A program made the translations under genes and the position numbers. From positions 86,846,985 through 86,910,984 of the forward strand of contig NC_068982.1 in NCBI RefSeq assembly GCF_001194135.2: DNA of 64,000 nt, in the 5' to 3' direction. Positions 52,545 through 64,000 of this stretch are shown one piece after another (the first letter of the stretch is position 1; the number at the start of each line of letters is the position of its first letter). The notes under the pieces were generated by a model. That model saw only the letters and a program-made list of their open reading frames with translations, did no database searches and was not told where the DNA came from. This DNA comes from Octopus bimaculoides (lineage: Eukaryota).

Positions 52545-54775
52545 AACAAATAAATCCCCCAAAGATGGAGGCTTCTAAAGGCTGCTCGTGGAAACCCCAC
52601 AGAAACCACAATCGCCCTGACCTCTAGGGCAAGTGCCCTCTTCACTTCATCTACTTTCGATCTACATTCACCCATCTTTTAACAAATTTGTTGGGAGGAG
52701 GCACTTCCTTCGCTACCCTTACTTTCCTTTCCAAGTGAAACTTTGAAAAGTTTACGAGGGCTTGACCAGAGATGCAAGTGCCTGTCTTCTGCCATTTTAA
52801 CCTGGTTTACCACACAACCTCTTTCGCCAAGACCACCAGACAAAGAAAATCTGCCTGTCTTTCCCTGCCAAAGGAAGGCGGCGGGTCGATCGTCACAATG
52901 GTCTCAGCTGATAGCCGGATCCGTCCTACGCGCGACAGCAGGTGTTCAACATAAACTTTACAAGTCAGCAATGTTTAGGCATTGGAAAAGAACGTGCAGA
53001 ACAGTTTTCGTCGCTCTGCGCGCACTTCAGGCAAGCCCGGCTGACGGCACTTCCATACCTGAAAAGTTTACCTCGAAACAGCAACGCCCCCTAGTAGCAC
53101 TGCCAGGCAAGAGATTTCTGGAAGTTATCCATAAGCCCCGGCCCGAAGGTCTGTAGTGAAACCTCTCTCTCTGGGGCATTCAATCACAAATGATAACGAA
53201 GCTGCTAACATCTAGCCTTCGGCTGCCTTGGACCTTTTCTGTCCATCATCCTGATTGGTTCTTATTTGCGCGGCAATTGTCCTCATGTTCTGCTTGCTAA
53301 GGAGGCATAGCGTCCAATCGTGGCTTTAAGATAAAGTCACGTGATAGAGAGTTTTACTGGGTTTTCGGTGAGCCCTTTTTCGCCTATAAATACGCCCGAT
53401 CCAACGACAGTAGTTGTCTTCGATTTCAGATCTCTCACAGGTCTGGTCGTTGACCACACATATACAGAACACAGCTACAGCCAGTTCCAGCGCCGACGCC
53501 TTCACCACCAATGTACTGTCTACCATTGTCGTCGCCAGCAACACCAACATCAACAAGCGCGGTTTTATCTCGACATTGTTTGAGTGGATGTTTCCACTCA
53601 CGAGCAACAATCAGAACTAACCAGCGAGAATATTCCGTATCAGGTAACACGGTCACAGCATTCGACGCTCAACACTTGCCCACAACTTCCTGCGTATGAA
53701 CATTCTATCTTCTTGTGTAACTCTAATACGAACTGGTATTTCTCTATCTCAGTGTTTGAGACTTGTAGTCTATGTTACAGACACTCTTTCTATCTACTGT
53801 GTTCCTCTCATTCACACGCACACTTGTATTCTCACATATTGTACACACACTATTGCTTATACGACTGTCCGTTACTTAACATTGTTGTATACCTTCTCTT
53901 GTACACGAAGGCCTGACTTATCTACTGTGTTAATTATATATGTCGCATGCACGCGTACACAAACACAAACAGTTTCATTATGCTAATAAACTTACTCTAA
54001 TTATAAATCATATTGGTTGTCTGTCCTAATCTGTTCTTTTATTGGCACTATGGCTTGTATCTCTTCACGATGAGCCTACCTTCTATCTTATATATCTTAT
54101 TTTGTGTTCGACCGTGCGACATGGTAAAAAGGAGCCTTTTCCCGTCTACGTCGCCATCTCCTTTGGTTCGCACGGTCGAAGTATTACAGGTCCTTCATAA
54201 CAGACCAGCCAACTCATTCTCATCGACGCCAAGTTTCCCCAAGAACGTTGTCACTCTTGCCCGCCATAAACCTTCCATAGAATACCTGAGTGGAATTTCC
54301 AACGACCACGTTGCCCGACTGACAGAGGACTGTGAGCGCCAGACGACAGGTGTCAGGTGCCCTGCCTTGGCCTACGCTTGATCCAAGATTACAGCTCTGA
54401 CTAAGAGGCGAGTTATGGAAAATCGTGTTTGACAAACGACGACTACACCTGCTCACCGTCTAGAAAATACTAGAGATGTCGCAGCCCAAACGGTTGGGCG
54501 AAGTGCTGCTGAAATGCTGCACACATCTGTTCGGGCTTGAGTACTTTGCGCCCATTTTGGTCCACCAAAGACCGAATTATGGCTTTGCTGCCACGTTCCA
54601 CCAGGGTCCATCGAGCAGCTTTCCCCGCTTGTCTTGGAGTACGCATCATAGTTCTAGCAATGCAACCTTCATGTTTAGCATTGGTTCAGGACTCATCTTA
54701 CCTTTTCTTAGAAGCAGCAGTCAAATTTGCCCATCATCATCGAGAAAATTCTCCTGAGTTCACAAACGGGCCAAT
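52545..54775 (-). mobile_element. Tx1/L1-like LINE fragment (second copy), RT domain deleted, interrupted by solo LTR 2
   Basis: Minus-strand translation MDNFQKSLAWQC...RACLKCAQSDE, GLRHL*YFLDGEQV and KHEGCIAR...IIRSLVDQNG..FQQHFAQ aligns with the element at 59570-62640. Confidence 0.8.
53152..54188 (+). mobile_element. Solo LTR (copy 2), 1037 bp
   Basis: Starts TGTAGTGAAAC, ends TTACA, 4-bp TSD GGTC (53148-53151, 54189-54192). The LINE reading frame rejoins across it. CCAAT 53314, CACGTG 53338, TATAAAT 53385, AATAAA 53985. Confidence 0.92.
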
Positions 54776-55719
54776 AATTTTTTATGTTCCCATATCCTTT
54801 CCTGTGTGTCTAGTTGGCACTACATTCTGTTCAGACGAAAAAAAAAAAAAAAAATAGAATGGCGACTTCACCTGCTCCATGCGTGTCTTCGATTAGCTTA
54901 AAGTTGGCATTGTTCAGTAAAAACGACCGAAGATAGAATCCAAGCTTTCACACATGATACTGCTGTGGATGTATTTCCTCTTTCGTCTTTTTCTTTTCTG
55001 TCATTATCACTGGCAATGACTGGAGAATCCTGATCAGCTTCTGGTATTGAGGACAATTTATTCTCCGGTGACTCCGGAGATCCGATTGGTAGTGTTCTAC
55101 CGCTTTCTCGTTCTTAAGTAACATGCTCATGTATGATGGTACCTTTCTTCTCACACAAATGAGTCATACTAATCTTCCCTTCGCTAGTTCACTTATGTTT
55201 TGTTTTCGAATGTTGCTACCAACGTTAGAAAATGAAATATTAATGCTTTCACTCAATAATGTGTGTGCGTGTATTTGTTGCTGTCAATAAAGTAACTTTT
55301 TGGTTCCATTATGTCAATACTTTTCTCTTTGTATATGTCTTGTGATAATAAAGTGGTTTTTATTAATTTTTTTGTTGTTCAAAAAATTCGTTTGTTGAAA
55401 GCTATTATTTTTGTTTTTGATAAGGGTCATTCCCTTTTATTATTGTTGACGCTATTTTTATGCATTTCTGAAGAGAAACACACAAAGTGCTCCCCACCAC
55501 TACATTTTACTGTGTTTATTCCAGTGTGAATCAAGTCTACTGTTCCAAGATATCTCTTGCATGCAAAATAGTCGGAAATTTTGAAAAATTTCTTTGTTCA
55601 TATTTGTTAAATCCAAAAGCTTTCGATTCACGAGAAGAAACAGATTTCGTTACTCCGATAATCACTATTACTACCACTACTCCTACTCCACCATCGCTAT
55701 CACCACGACTTACAACAAC

Positions 55720-56060
55720 AACTGCTTTGGGGGCAGAAATCGACGACAGAGGGATAAAAGGCAAAGTTGACCTCGGCTGGATTTGAAGTTAGAATAAAGA
55801 ACCGTAACTAATTACTGTCAAGCATTTTGTACTGTTCTAGAGATTGTGCCAATCCACAACCCCGAACAACATCGACAATAGCAACAATAACGATAACGAT
55901 AATAATTGATTCTAACAGAGGGAAAGATCGGAAATTAAACTAAATTGACCCCAGTACATGAGTTATCGATCAGGGAAGAACGAAAGGCGAAGTTGACACC
56001 GGTGGGATTTGAATTCAGAATGTAAAGGGCCGTAACTAAATATCGCAGGATATTTAGTAA
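55720..56060 (+). mobile_element. Two SINE family C tail fragments
   Basis: ATCGA...GGATAAAAGGCAAAGTTGACCTCGGC.GGATTTGAA motif, also near 12530-12660, 21340-21430, 21530-22030 (reverse) and 31370-31480. Confidence 0.65.
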
Positions 56061-57814
56061 CACCACTTTACGTTTCAATACACTAATAATTCTTCCAATT
56101 ATGTTTTTCATGCTCTTGTTTTTCATTGGTTTTATATCGTATATTACGTATCCATTCAGCCTTTTCACTGAGATCGATTTGACTACTCCAGACGTCACTC
56201 CAGAATTGATCAACTTGCTCAATAGTTGGTGTTTTATCAACTGTTGTTTGCTCTACTCCTATTTCTCAGTAAAACCTTTTAACATCCGTTTCACTTACTT
56301 TGTTTTACTTGAAAAATTTGTTTCTTTTGTACAAACTTTTTTTATACATTAGAGTGACGATCGCAAGATCGTGATTTCAATTCCTAACCGGGTGGTGCGT
56401 TGTGCAAAACATTTAATTTCACGTTGTTCCAGTTCACTCAGCCGCAAATGGATAATCTTTTGACGGATTGGTGTACAAAGGTGAGATGATGACACACGAA
56501 AATCACCCGAAAAGAGGTCTCGCGAGCCACGTTTGGTACTTAGCGATCGAAAAGAAGAACAGTACAACCAGCACTGTGAGACCCGACTGGCTGGGATTGG
56601 TTGTTCAACCACGATGAAGGTTTGTCAGGCTTTGGATTGTATTTTCTATTTAAGTTGTAAATCTATCTTCTTTAACCCATATTTCAATTTTACTTTTCTT
56701 TTGTGTCTTGTTACCTCGTGCTTGCTTTATTGAGTTTCTCCAATATCGACGATTCTTTTCCTATAGGGTCAGTTTCTTTCTTCAACCTTTCCTTCCAGCA
56801 ATGCTTTTTGCACTGCATAGTTTTCTTTTTTTTTTTTGATAACTTGCTTTCATCGCGTTACGAAAGTGACCACGAGCTATGTATCGACACCGTTACCAAC
56901 GATTTTGAAAGTGACCCCTCGTGTTTCTTATTTTTATTGAGGAACTAGTGTATGGGAAGGCGTGTCTTGCACAATCTGAGCTCGTGATTTAGTCCTAACC
57001 TCGGTTTTGAAGACAACACATCTATATCATATGTTCTCTCGATGAAAATTTCTCCACTTATCTGCTAGGGCTATATCCGATTGCTCTTTGGGTAACACAA
57101 GGTCTAAGTATATAATTGTTTTTACCTTTCACGTGTTTCGGTAAGATTTATAGAGAAGCTCTTGACTCATGAACAAAATTTTCCAATGCATTTGCTATCT
57201 CTGTTCAGTAATTCATGCCCAGAGTTCTTTTGTTTGAAAGGATGCTTTCAAAACATGGAATTTGACTTGCATTTGAATCATTTCGTTTGACAAAGCACGC
57301 GTGCATCAACAAATGCTATTGTTGCTGTTGTTGCTACTGACAGCCAGATTACCTGCAATGACACTTTCCTGTTTGGGAGCTGCTTTAGCTCTGAGTTGTT
57401 TAGATGTATTCTTAATTTGTCCTTCGAAGCATATTGTATCCAATCGTATAAGATTAAAGTTGTTTTCCAAAACAGCATGACTTGGAAAATTAAAAAATAT
57501 GAAAAATACTTCGTTCCTAGACATTCACTTCTGTTTTATGTCATCTCATTTGACTTTATCTCCATTAATTACCGTCTACTAACAGTTCTTGTCTCAGTTA
57601 TACTATTTCATTAAGCAATGCCAAACTGACTTCGGTTAAAATATGAATATCCAGATTACCAGTTATTACTGTTAAATAAAAGTTCAATACAACCGATGGC
57701 AAATGTTACCTTAACAATTAAAATTTACATCGTACAAACGATGCGTTAAGTCTTTTATACATCTAGAATATCTTGATTCTCCTATAAACGCATGCATATT
57801 ATTAATCATTTATA

Positions 57815-58460
57815 CAGTGACGTACCCATATATGAACTGTTCATTAAACGAACAGATTGAATGACGGACAGTGTTTCTGAAGAAAATTAAAAACTCACGT
57901 AACGAGCTGAGATTTCATTAACGAACAACGAGCAGATTATGCACGCGTATAACTGACTGGAAGGCCATGTACTTAGAGAACTGAAATTTGAGCAACAAGC
58001 ACGAGTACACTACACACGCGCAGAAGTGCTGGGAGAGCATATGCGAACGTTATGCTAAATAGACAAACTGTGTTCAAACAACGAGATGAAGTCTGAACAA
58101 CGCATGAGTAGACAACGCACTCCTATAGCGGCTGGGAGAGCGTGTACAAATGGTTCAGTAACGCTTACATTTGCTTTTCACGTAGCTTTCAAATGTTCAC
58201 ATTCTATGTAGAAAATATTACTATTCTCATATATTTGGCTAAAAACACAACCCTAGATCAACAAAAGCAGGACAAAGGGAAAAACGCACGCACGCATACG
58301 CGCGCGCGCGCACACATATTTATGTCTATGTGGACAAATTAAACATCATTTCATGTGACGTTTGGGTGTAGCTTAAAACAGATTACCTTCTGCTTCAATT
58401 ATTCATTTAACGAACAATTTGGTTTACGAACATGACTTCGGAACAGATTGTGCGCAAATA
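57815..58460. mobile_element. Possible Tigger/pogo-like DNA transposon remnant
   Basis: TACAGT-type start with recurring TTAA(A)CGAAC / GAACAGATT subterminal motifs at 57815-57870, 57915-57935 and 58400-58450. Confidence 0.3.
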
Positions 58461-59411
58461 TTCTCTCTATTCTGTTATAACTTCATTACTTAATCTATTA
58501 GTATTGAGCCCAGTTTAGAATATCAGCTATTTGTTATAACAAAGTGCTTTTGTATTGTTTAACAGTAACAATCTTTTTAATTTCCATTACTTTAACAAGA
58601 ATGTCATCAACAATGTCTATAATAAAATTAATGTTTAAAATGAAAATAAACAGGAAAATAAAAATATTAGATGCTATATACTGTTAGAATAACATAACTA
58701 AATATAAAAACATTGAAAAAGTATTGTTAAAACAATAACATTCTTATCGTTTAGGCGATTTATTTGAATAATAAAATAAAGCTATTAAAATATAATATGT
58801 CATCTAATATTCAGAACTGGAATTTTGTTTACAAATTGTTTTGTTATCTATTTGTTATCTTTGTTAATCTAGGCATGAAAATATGGGAAATCTCGAAACC
58901 CCAGTTGTTATGTGGACTATAACAGACTTAATACTACACACATCCCCTGCATTACGACTACCTCAGGTTGCGATATTTCAAGCTTACGAAAATTGTAAAG
59001 TATGACCACAAATTTTGGGGTACAGTCTGTAATTTTGCTTTTGCTGTAACTCGGGTAAATTTTAACAATTTAAATATTACACTTTCTTCTTGGCCATAAA
59101 GGCTGCCTTTCAGTATTTTAGCTAATATCAAAATATAATAAACAATTTGAAAAACTATAATCACGACATACATACATACATACATACATACATACACAAG
59201 CAAATATATATATTCGCATACTAATACATACATACATACATAGTGGTGGTGTGTGGTGTGTTGCCAACTTAATGTGACAGTCCCATGAAAGGAAATAATG
59301 CTACTGCTATTTAGCCTTACGGAGCACCGCTTCCTGTCGGCCTTGACACATTTCCCGTGTCCTTATGTTTACAAAGGGGGAGATAAGCACCTCCACCCAG
59401 CAAGGCCAGCA

Positions 59412-59454
59412 TCCAGAGACTAGTTTCTGTGTCATTGCTCATCATCAGTCTGGA
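59412..59454 (-). ncRNA. Minimal type-I hammerhead ribozyme with intact catalytic core
   Basis: Minus strand TCCAGA-CTGATGA-tgagcaatgacaca-GAAA-ctag-TC-TCTGGA. Perfect 6-bp stem I, 4-bp stem II with one mismatch, palindromic stem III ACTAGT, GUC cleavage site. Confidence 0.75.
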
Positions 59455-59569
59455 GTAGCATGGCTCCCTAGCTGCATTTTTTATTAAGACAATAACGTCA
59501 CATAGATGGTACAGCACACGACAACACATACAAATGAAGTTAATGCGAGTTCAAATGAACCTTATTTAA

Positions 59570-62500
59570 AAATTTTAATGAAAAGATGAATTTTATATCA
59601 TATAGTCTTTTTTTTACCCCTTTTGGGGAAGGGATTATGCCCGGTTGCCTAAAAGGCTCAGCGGCTACCCCTTTCTTTGTTTTTCTCCCAATGCAGATTA
59701 AGTCGGGTTACTTGCACCCACCTTTCTTAACACAGCCTTCCATCTTTCCTCAAACACACTTCGCGACGGAATTCTCTTCTCCAGCCCTATCCTGCTCTTC
59801 AGATGATATCTGAAGTATTGTAGCAAACCAGGGCCAGAGATGAAGGACCTCGTCACGAATCCTTGCATCTTAATCTTCCACACACATTCTTTCAGCACTG
59901 CAACTGTACAGAAAAAAACATGCCTCACCTTCCTTTGAGAGTCCACTTGGCGGTACAATCTTTATTATAGATTCAGCCGATAGCTGAACTCTTCCCAGAT
60001 GCGGCCACACGTGTTCGACGTAAATCATCAAGCCTGACAGCTCCCGACAATGTACAAAAGCGTGCTGGACGGTTTCATCGTTCAGTCCACATCTTGGACA
60101 TATCGTTAGCACTGACATTCCGTGCATGGATAACTTATCTCAAACAGGTAAAGCGTTCCTGTCACACTGCCAGGTCAGGGATTTTTGATTATTATCTAAA
60201 TATCCTGACACGAAAGTTTCTTTGAACAGGTTGGTAAGTTGGTACTCATCGAACCCCAGAGCCCCTCCTAGGGCGTCATCGTTTTTATACTCTACCGTCC
60301 CTCTATACAAAACAGAAGTGGTATTCCCACTGCCGGCATTGCCCGTCATGTGGATAAGTACGAGTGCTTGCCGATACTCCTTTTGCCATTCAGTCAGATT
60401 CCGTTTTTTAATGAAACCGGGTTTAAAACGCTCCAAAGAGGCTGGTCTTGGAAAGAATTCCTCTGCCAGCGGATTCCACACCTTATCACCCTCCAGGTAG
60501 CGCCAGAGATGCCTCAGCTTCAACGCATGTCTGCTACCTCGTTGCAATTCTTCTCCGTCTGAGAGTCCGCTCCAAACCAAACTCTAAGCAACTTAACAGG
60601 ACCATCTGTCCAGTGATCCACGACAGTGGACGATATCGACTTGCTCCTCCAGGTGCCGAGGAGCAAGCCAAATGGACTCGTCCTTGTTAACTTTTGCCCC
60701 TGTCATCCACCGCCTCGTATCCTCTGATAGCCTCCTCTATATGAGGTAGCTGAGCCACATTGGACACGATAAAGGTGACGTCATCCGCATAAGCAGAGAC
60801 CGACTTACCGCATCCGATTTCATTGGGGGCGTCCCCAAATTCTTCAACCTCCACAGTAATGGCTCAAGAGCCAACACGTACAGAAGCGAAGATAAGGGAC
60901 ACCCTTGACGAACTGAACGCTTGATCGAAAACAGCTCCGACAGGTAGCCGTTTATCTTGACTGTGGATTTGATGCCGCTGTACATAGCGGAGATCCAACC
61001 ACGGAATTCTGGGCCCAGCCCAGCCGCTTCGAGGACCGCCGCCAGGTACTGGTGGTCTACCCTATCAAACGCTTTACTTTGGTATAAATGGACCATTGCC
61101 CTACCTTTACCAGTTAATTTAGCCAACCTGTCTAAGGTGTAGCGAATAAAGTAAAGATTGTCCTGGATCGACCTGTCTAGGATGGCGCATGTCTGCGCCT
61201 TCTCTACAAGTTTCTCCACGACACGCGTCAACCTTTTAGCTAACATCTTGGCCAAAATCTTTAATTCTACATTGAGTAACTCTACATTATGGGCCTGTAA
61301 TTACTTATAAATATCCCCCTTGCTTGGGTCCTTCTGGATCAGTGCCACCACTCACAGAGCTGGGAATCCTCTCATTCTGTTGCCAATTTGTGTAGACGCT
61401 GGCCAGCAGGTCCCCGAACAAGTCCGGCATGCTACGATAAAACTCATAGGGTAGACCATCCAGCTCCAGAGACTTTTCCGCGGTGCACTCGGCCAACGCC
61501 TCTTTCACCTCCGCAGGAATAATCGGTCCTTCACAGTATTTCGCCTCCCGTACCAAGAGTCGCCGCCCACCGGCTAGAAAGTCCTTTAAGGGCTCCCCAC
61601 GCTCAAACGTTCCGCTCTCCCTGAACAACCAGGCGAAATGCTGGTCAAAGGCCTTTTGCATCATTTCCTGACCATAGATCTTACCCCACTGTTCGTCAGT
61701 TAAAGACTTTATAGAGGCTTTTTTGCCCCTCTGATTCTCTACACGACTTGCCCATCCGGCAATGTTAATACCTTCTCGCTCCACTGCACGTAAATTAGCT
61801 CTAACTTTGCTGCCTTCGTATTTGGCTTTGAGGTGACAGTACAAAACCGTTGTCGCCGCCTGCACTCTAGAAGCAGAGCCAGAGACCATAGCCTCATCTA
61901 AATTATTAACTAATTTCCCTCCTATTCTAGATCTATGTAAACTTAGCTGACTGCTAAACCTAATAGACTCTAAACGAATGGCTCTCTTGAGGGCGTTCCA
62001 CCATCTATTATTAATGATGGCGCTACATAGCGCCCTCTGTGCTAACTCTTTAATCTGGGTATGGAAGGCTTTACAAGTCAAAATAGACTTGATCATCTTC
62101 TAGTACCCGCGTCCGTGTCTATGACATTTATCTAATTTGTGATCCGTGTAAGGTACAATAAAAAATCGGGGACAGCTAAAAGTATTCCTATCTCTAACGA
62201 ATACCCTGTCTATCTAAGATCTGAGTGAGCCGTCGTTATTATTCCACGTCCACTGTGGAACGCTCGGCTCATCCAGTCTGTAACGGTCTACGAGATTATA
62301 GCTCTCTAGTAGACCTTTGAGGCCAGGATTTCTTTTCCTATCAGTTGAGCCAACACTATCCATCCGTGCATCGAGGGTAGTGTAGAGTCTCCTAACAGAA
62401 CTACTGTTTTTGACGTCACTAAGAAGTGCTCTAGGTCTCGAAAAAACCCCGACTACCCACGTTCGTTAGGAGCGTAGACAGCTACCAACCTGAAAGACTG

Positions 62501-62640
62501 TTTACTTTCGTGAGTTACATCGAGGACAACCAGCCTACCTTCTGAATCCAGAAAGATTGTACTTACCTGTACATCCAAGTTCTTCCTCAATAAGACCAGC
62601 GTGCCCCCTCTTCCTTTTCGGAATGCTGGAAAGGAGCGCT
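59570..62640 (-). mobile_element. Tx1/L1-like non-LTR retrotransposon ORF2 (APE endonuclease, RT, CCHC), 5'-truncated and disrupted
   Basis: EGRLVVLDV..FRLVAVYAPNE (endonuclease), KAFDRVDH, VRQGCPLS, AYADDVT (RT) and CPRCGLNDETVQHAFVHC, with several frameshifts. Confidence 0.92.
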
Positions 62641-63967
62641 ATAAATGTGGCAAAAGAGGTCACATTAGAAGAAGGTGCCTAGAAATAATGTAAAAAATAT
62701 AGAAATGGAAACTTGAAGATGAACTTATTACCACAGTTACTTGCTTTTTGTATCTCTGTAACTAACATTTTTCATGTACCTAAATTCAGTGATCTTGTTC
62801 TTTTTCTTTCATGTGTAGATAATTATTTATGTAACCTTTCTGTTAATGAACTGCTTGAACTTTCGTGATCAGTGGTATCTGCTTGAGAAATAAGGAAACA
62901 GGGAATGGTCATTAATTAGCAATATAAGTGAAGTTAGACAGCAATGGCCAGACTCGAACTCAGGTCACTAATTCAGTTTGCTAGGAACTTATTCTGTTCT
63001 ACAGTGTTTGCTATATCTTTAACTAAATAATAAACTTGGGGTTTATTTAATTTTACCATTGTTTTTATGGAATTTCACATATTTCATGTCTTTTTAGAAC
63101 ACTTGCTAATGAATTGTTTTCACAGAAATCGAATAATAAAGATATTTTTAAATGTTTTCAAAAACTAAATTGCTGTTTTATCGTAGCATTGACACTGAAA
63201 ATTCTATGTGGAATTCATCCTCCTGCACTCTATGTTGATATAGGAAGAAAATGGAAGTGAACAAAAGAAAACAATTCTATTTGTAATTTGACAATTTCAA
63301 TGAATAAGTCACATTCAAATTTCCCTTATTATTCTTTGTTCCATCACTTTGATTTCATCATTTTATGCTAGGTTCTGAACTTTTGATTATTCTCATCTGA
63401 AATTTTAATAACCTCTGCTTTCTTTTTTTGTTTTGTTTCGTTGTTTTGTTCAAACTATTGAAATAGGAATTGTACAATAGTATAGTGAGTAACATCTGGC
63501 TAAATTGAAAGACTACTGCACCCCAAGCCGAGGGACCAGGTTTGTCTCCTTTTACCACTCTATGTATGAAACACAATAATTCAAAGTCATTACAATATAG
63601 AAAGTATAAAGAAAGGTAGATACTTCACCAAGAAAGGCAGTGCAAACTAAAAGGCACACACCCTATGCAGTAAAACAGATCCCGAACTGAGGTAGATCAT
63701 GAAATACGAAGTGTAATAATTTTAATAAGTGTTTATATGCAAGTAACTTGCAAGAAAACATCTATTAAACCTCCAACTTCGACTGAACCTTTGTTGCTAG
63801 GCCAATGTGAAGCAAATACAATACTGAGTGATATCAAGGCTACTGAGCGATATCCAGTGGAAAAGGCAAGCTCCTGGATTTGCTTTAAAAAGAGATGAGC
63901 AATGGCTAGAAGGATATTGAGGGAAGTCTAGTTATGTTGATCTAACAAGTGGGGTCTCATCTCAGTG

Positions 63968-64000
<33 letters not shown>

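Noticed and set aside
54107-54180. LTR hairpin as a pre-miRNA or H/ACA snoRNA
   Set aside because: The stem is short and asymmetric with a 22-29 nt loop, and the arms are not identical between copies. The downstream ACA is simply the LTR terminus TTACA.
49465-54188. Tandem paralogous host genes, or the 5' and 3' LTRs of a single provirus
   Set aside because: Each unit has its own TG...CA termini and a different 4-bp TSD. The intervening DNA has no PBS, gag or pol and consists of other repeats.
60776-60784. Perfect CRE TGACGTCA
   Set aside because: It coincides with the codons of the RT YADDV motif in the LINE.

Overview
AT-rich, microsatellite- and transposon-dense animal genomic DNA with seven N-gaps. 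The SINE/LINE families suggest an octopod cephalopod, but that is inference. The only supportable host gene is an Egr (early growth response / Krox / stripe family) C2H2 zinc-finger transcription factor on the + strand. It has two coding exons (29235-29448 and 38681-40272) joined by a 9.2-kb phase-1 GT-AG intron, giving about 601 aa. Its promoter resembles the vertebrate immediate-early type: three perfect CArG boxes, an adjacent Ets site, a CRE-like site, a CCAAT box and a TATA box. The rest is mobile DNA: a Ty3/gypsy integrase fragment, Penelope-like elements (RT + GIY-YIG), Tx1/L1-like, RTE and R4/Dong-like LINE fragments, mariner remnants, MITEs/foldbacks, several SINE families and a TTAGGG-bearing interspersed repeat. 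Four observations stand out. (1) Minimal type-I hammerhead ribozyme motifs lie in short retrozyme-like elements (59412-59454 minus, with an intact core; 11701-11743 plus, inside a ~280-bp tandem). (2) Two diverged solo LTRs of one family (49465-50673, 53152-54188) each have their own 4-bp TSD and keep a CCAAT/E-box/TATA promoter, a ~600-nt promoter-to-polyA unit and a conserved terminal stem-loop. (3) The Egr promoter has SRE/CRE architecture and the leader carries uORFs. (4) There are several long snap-back palindromes. All calls were made by eye without database searches.
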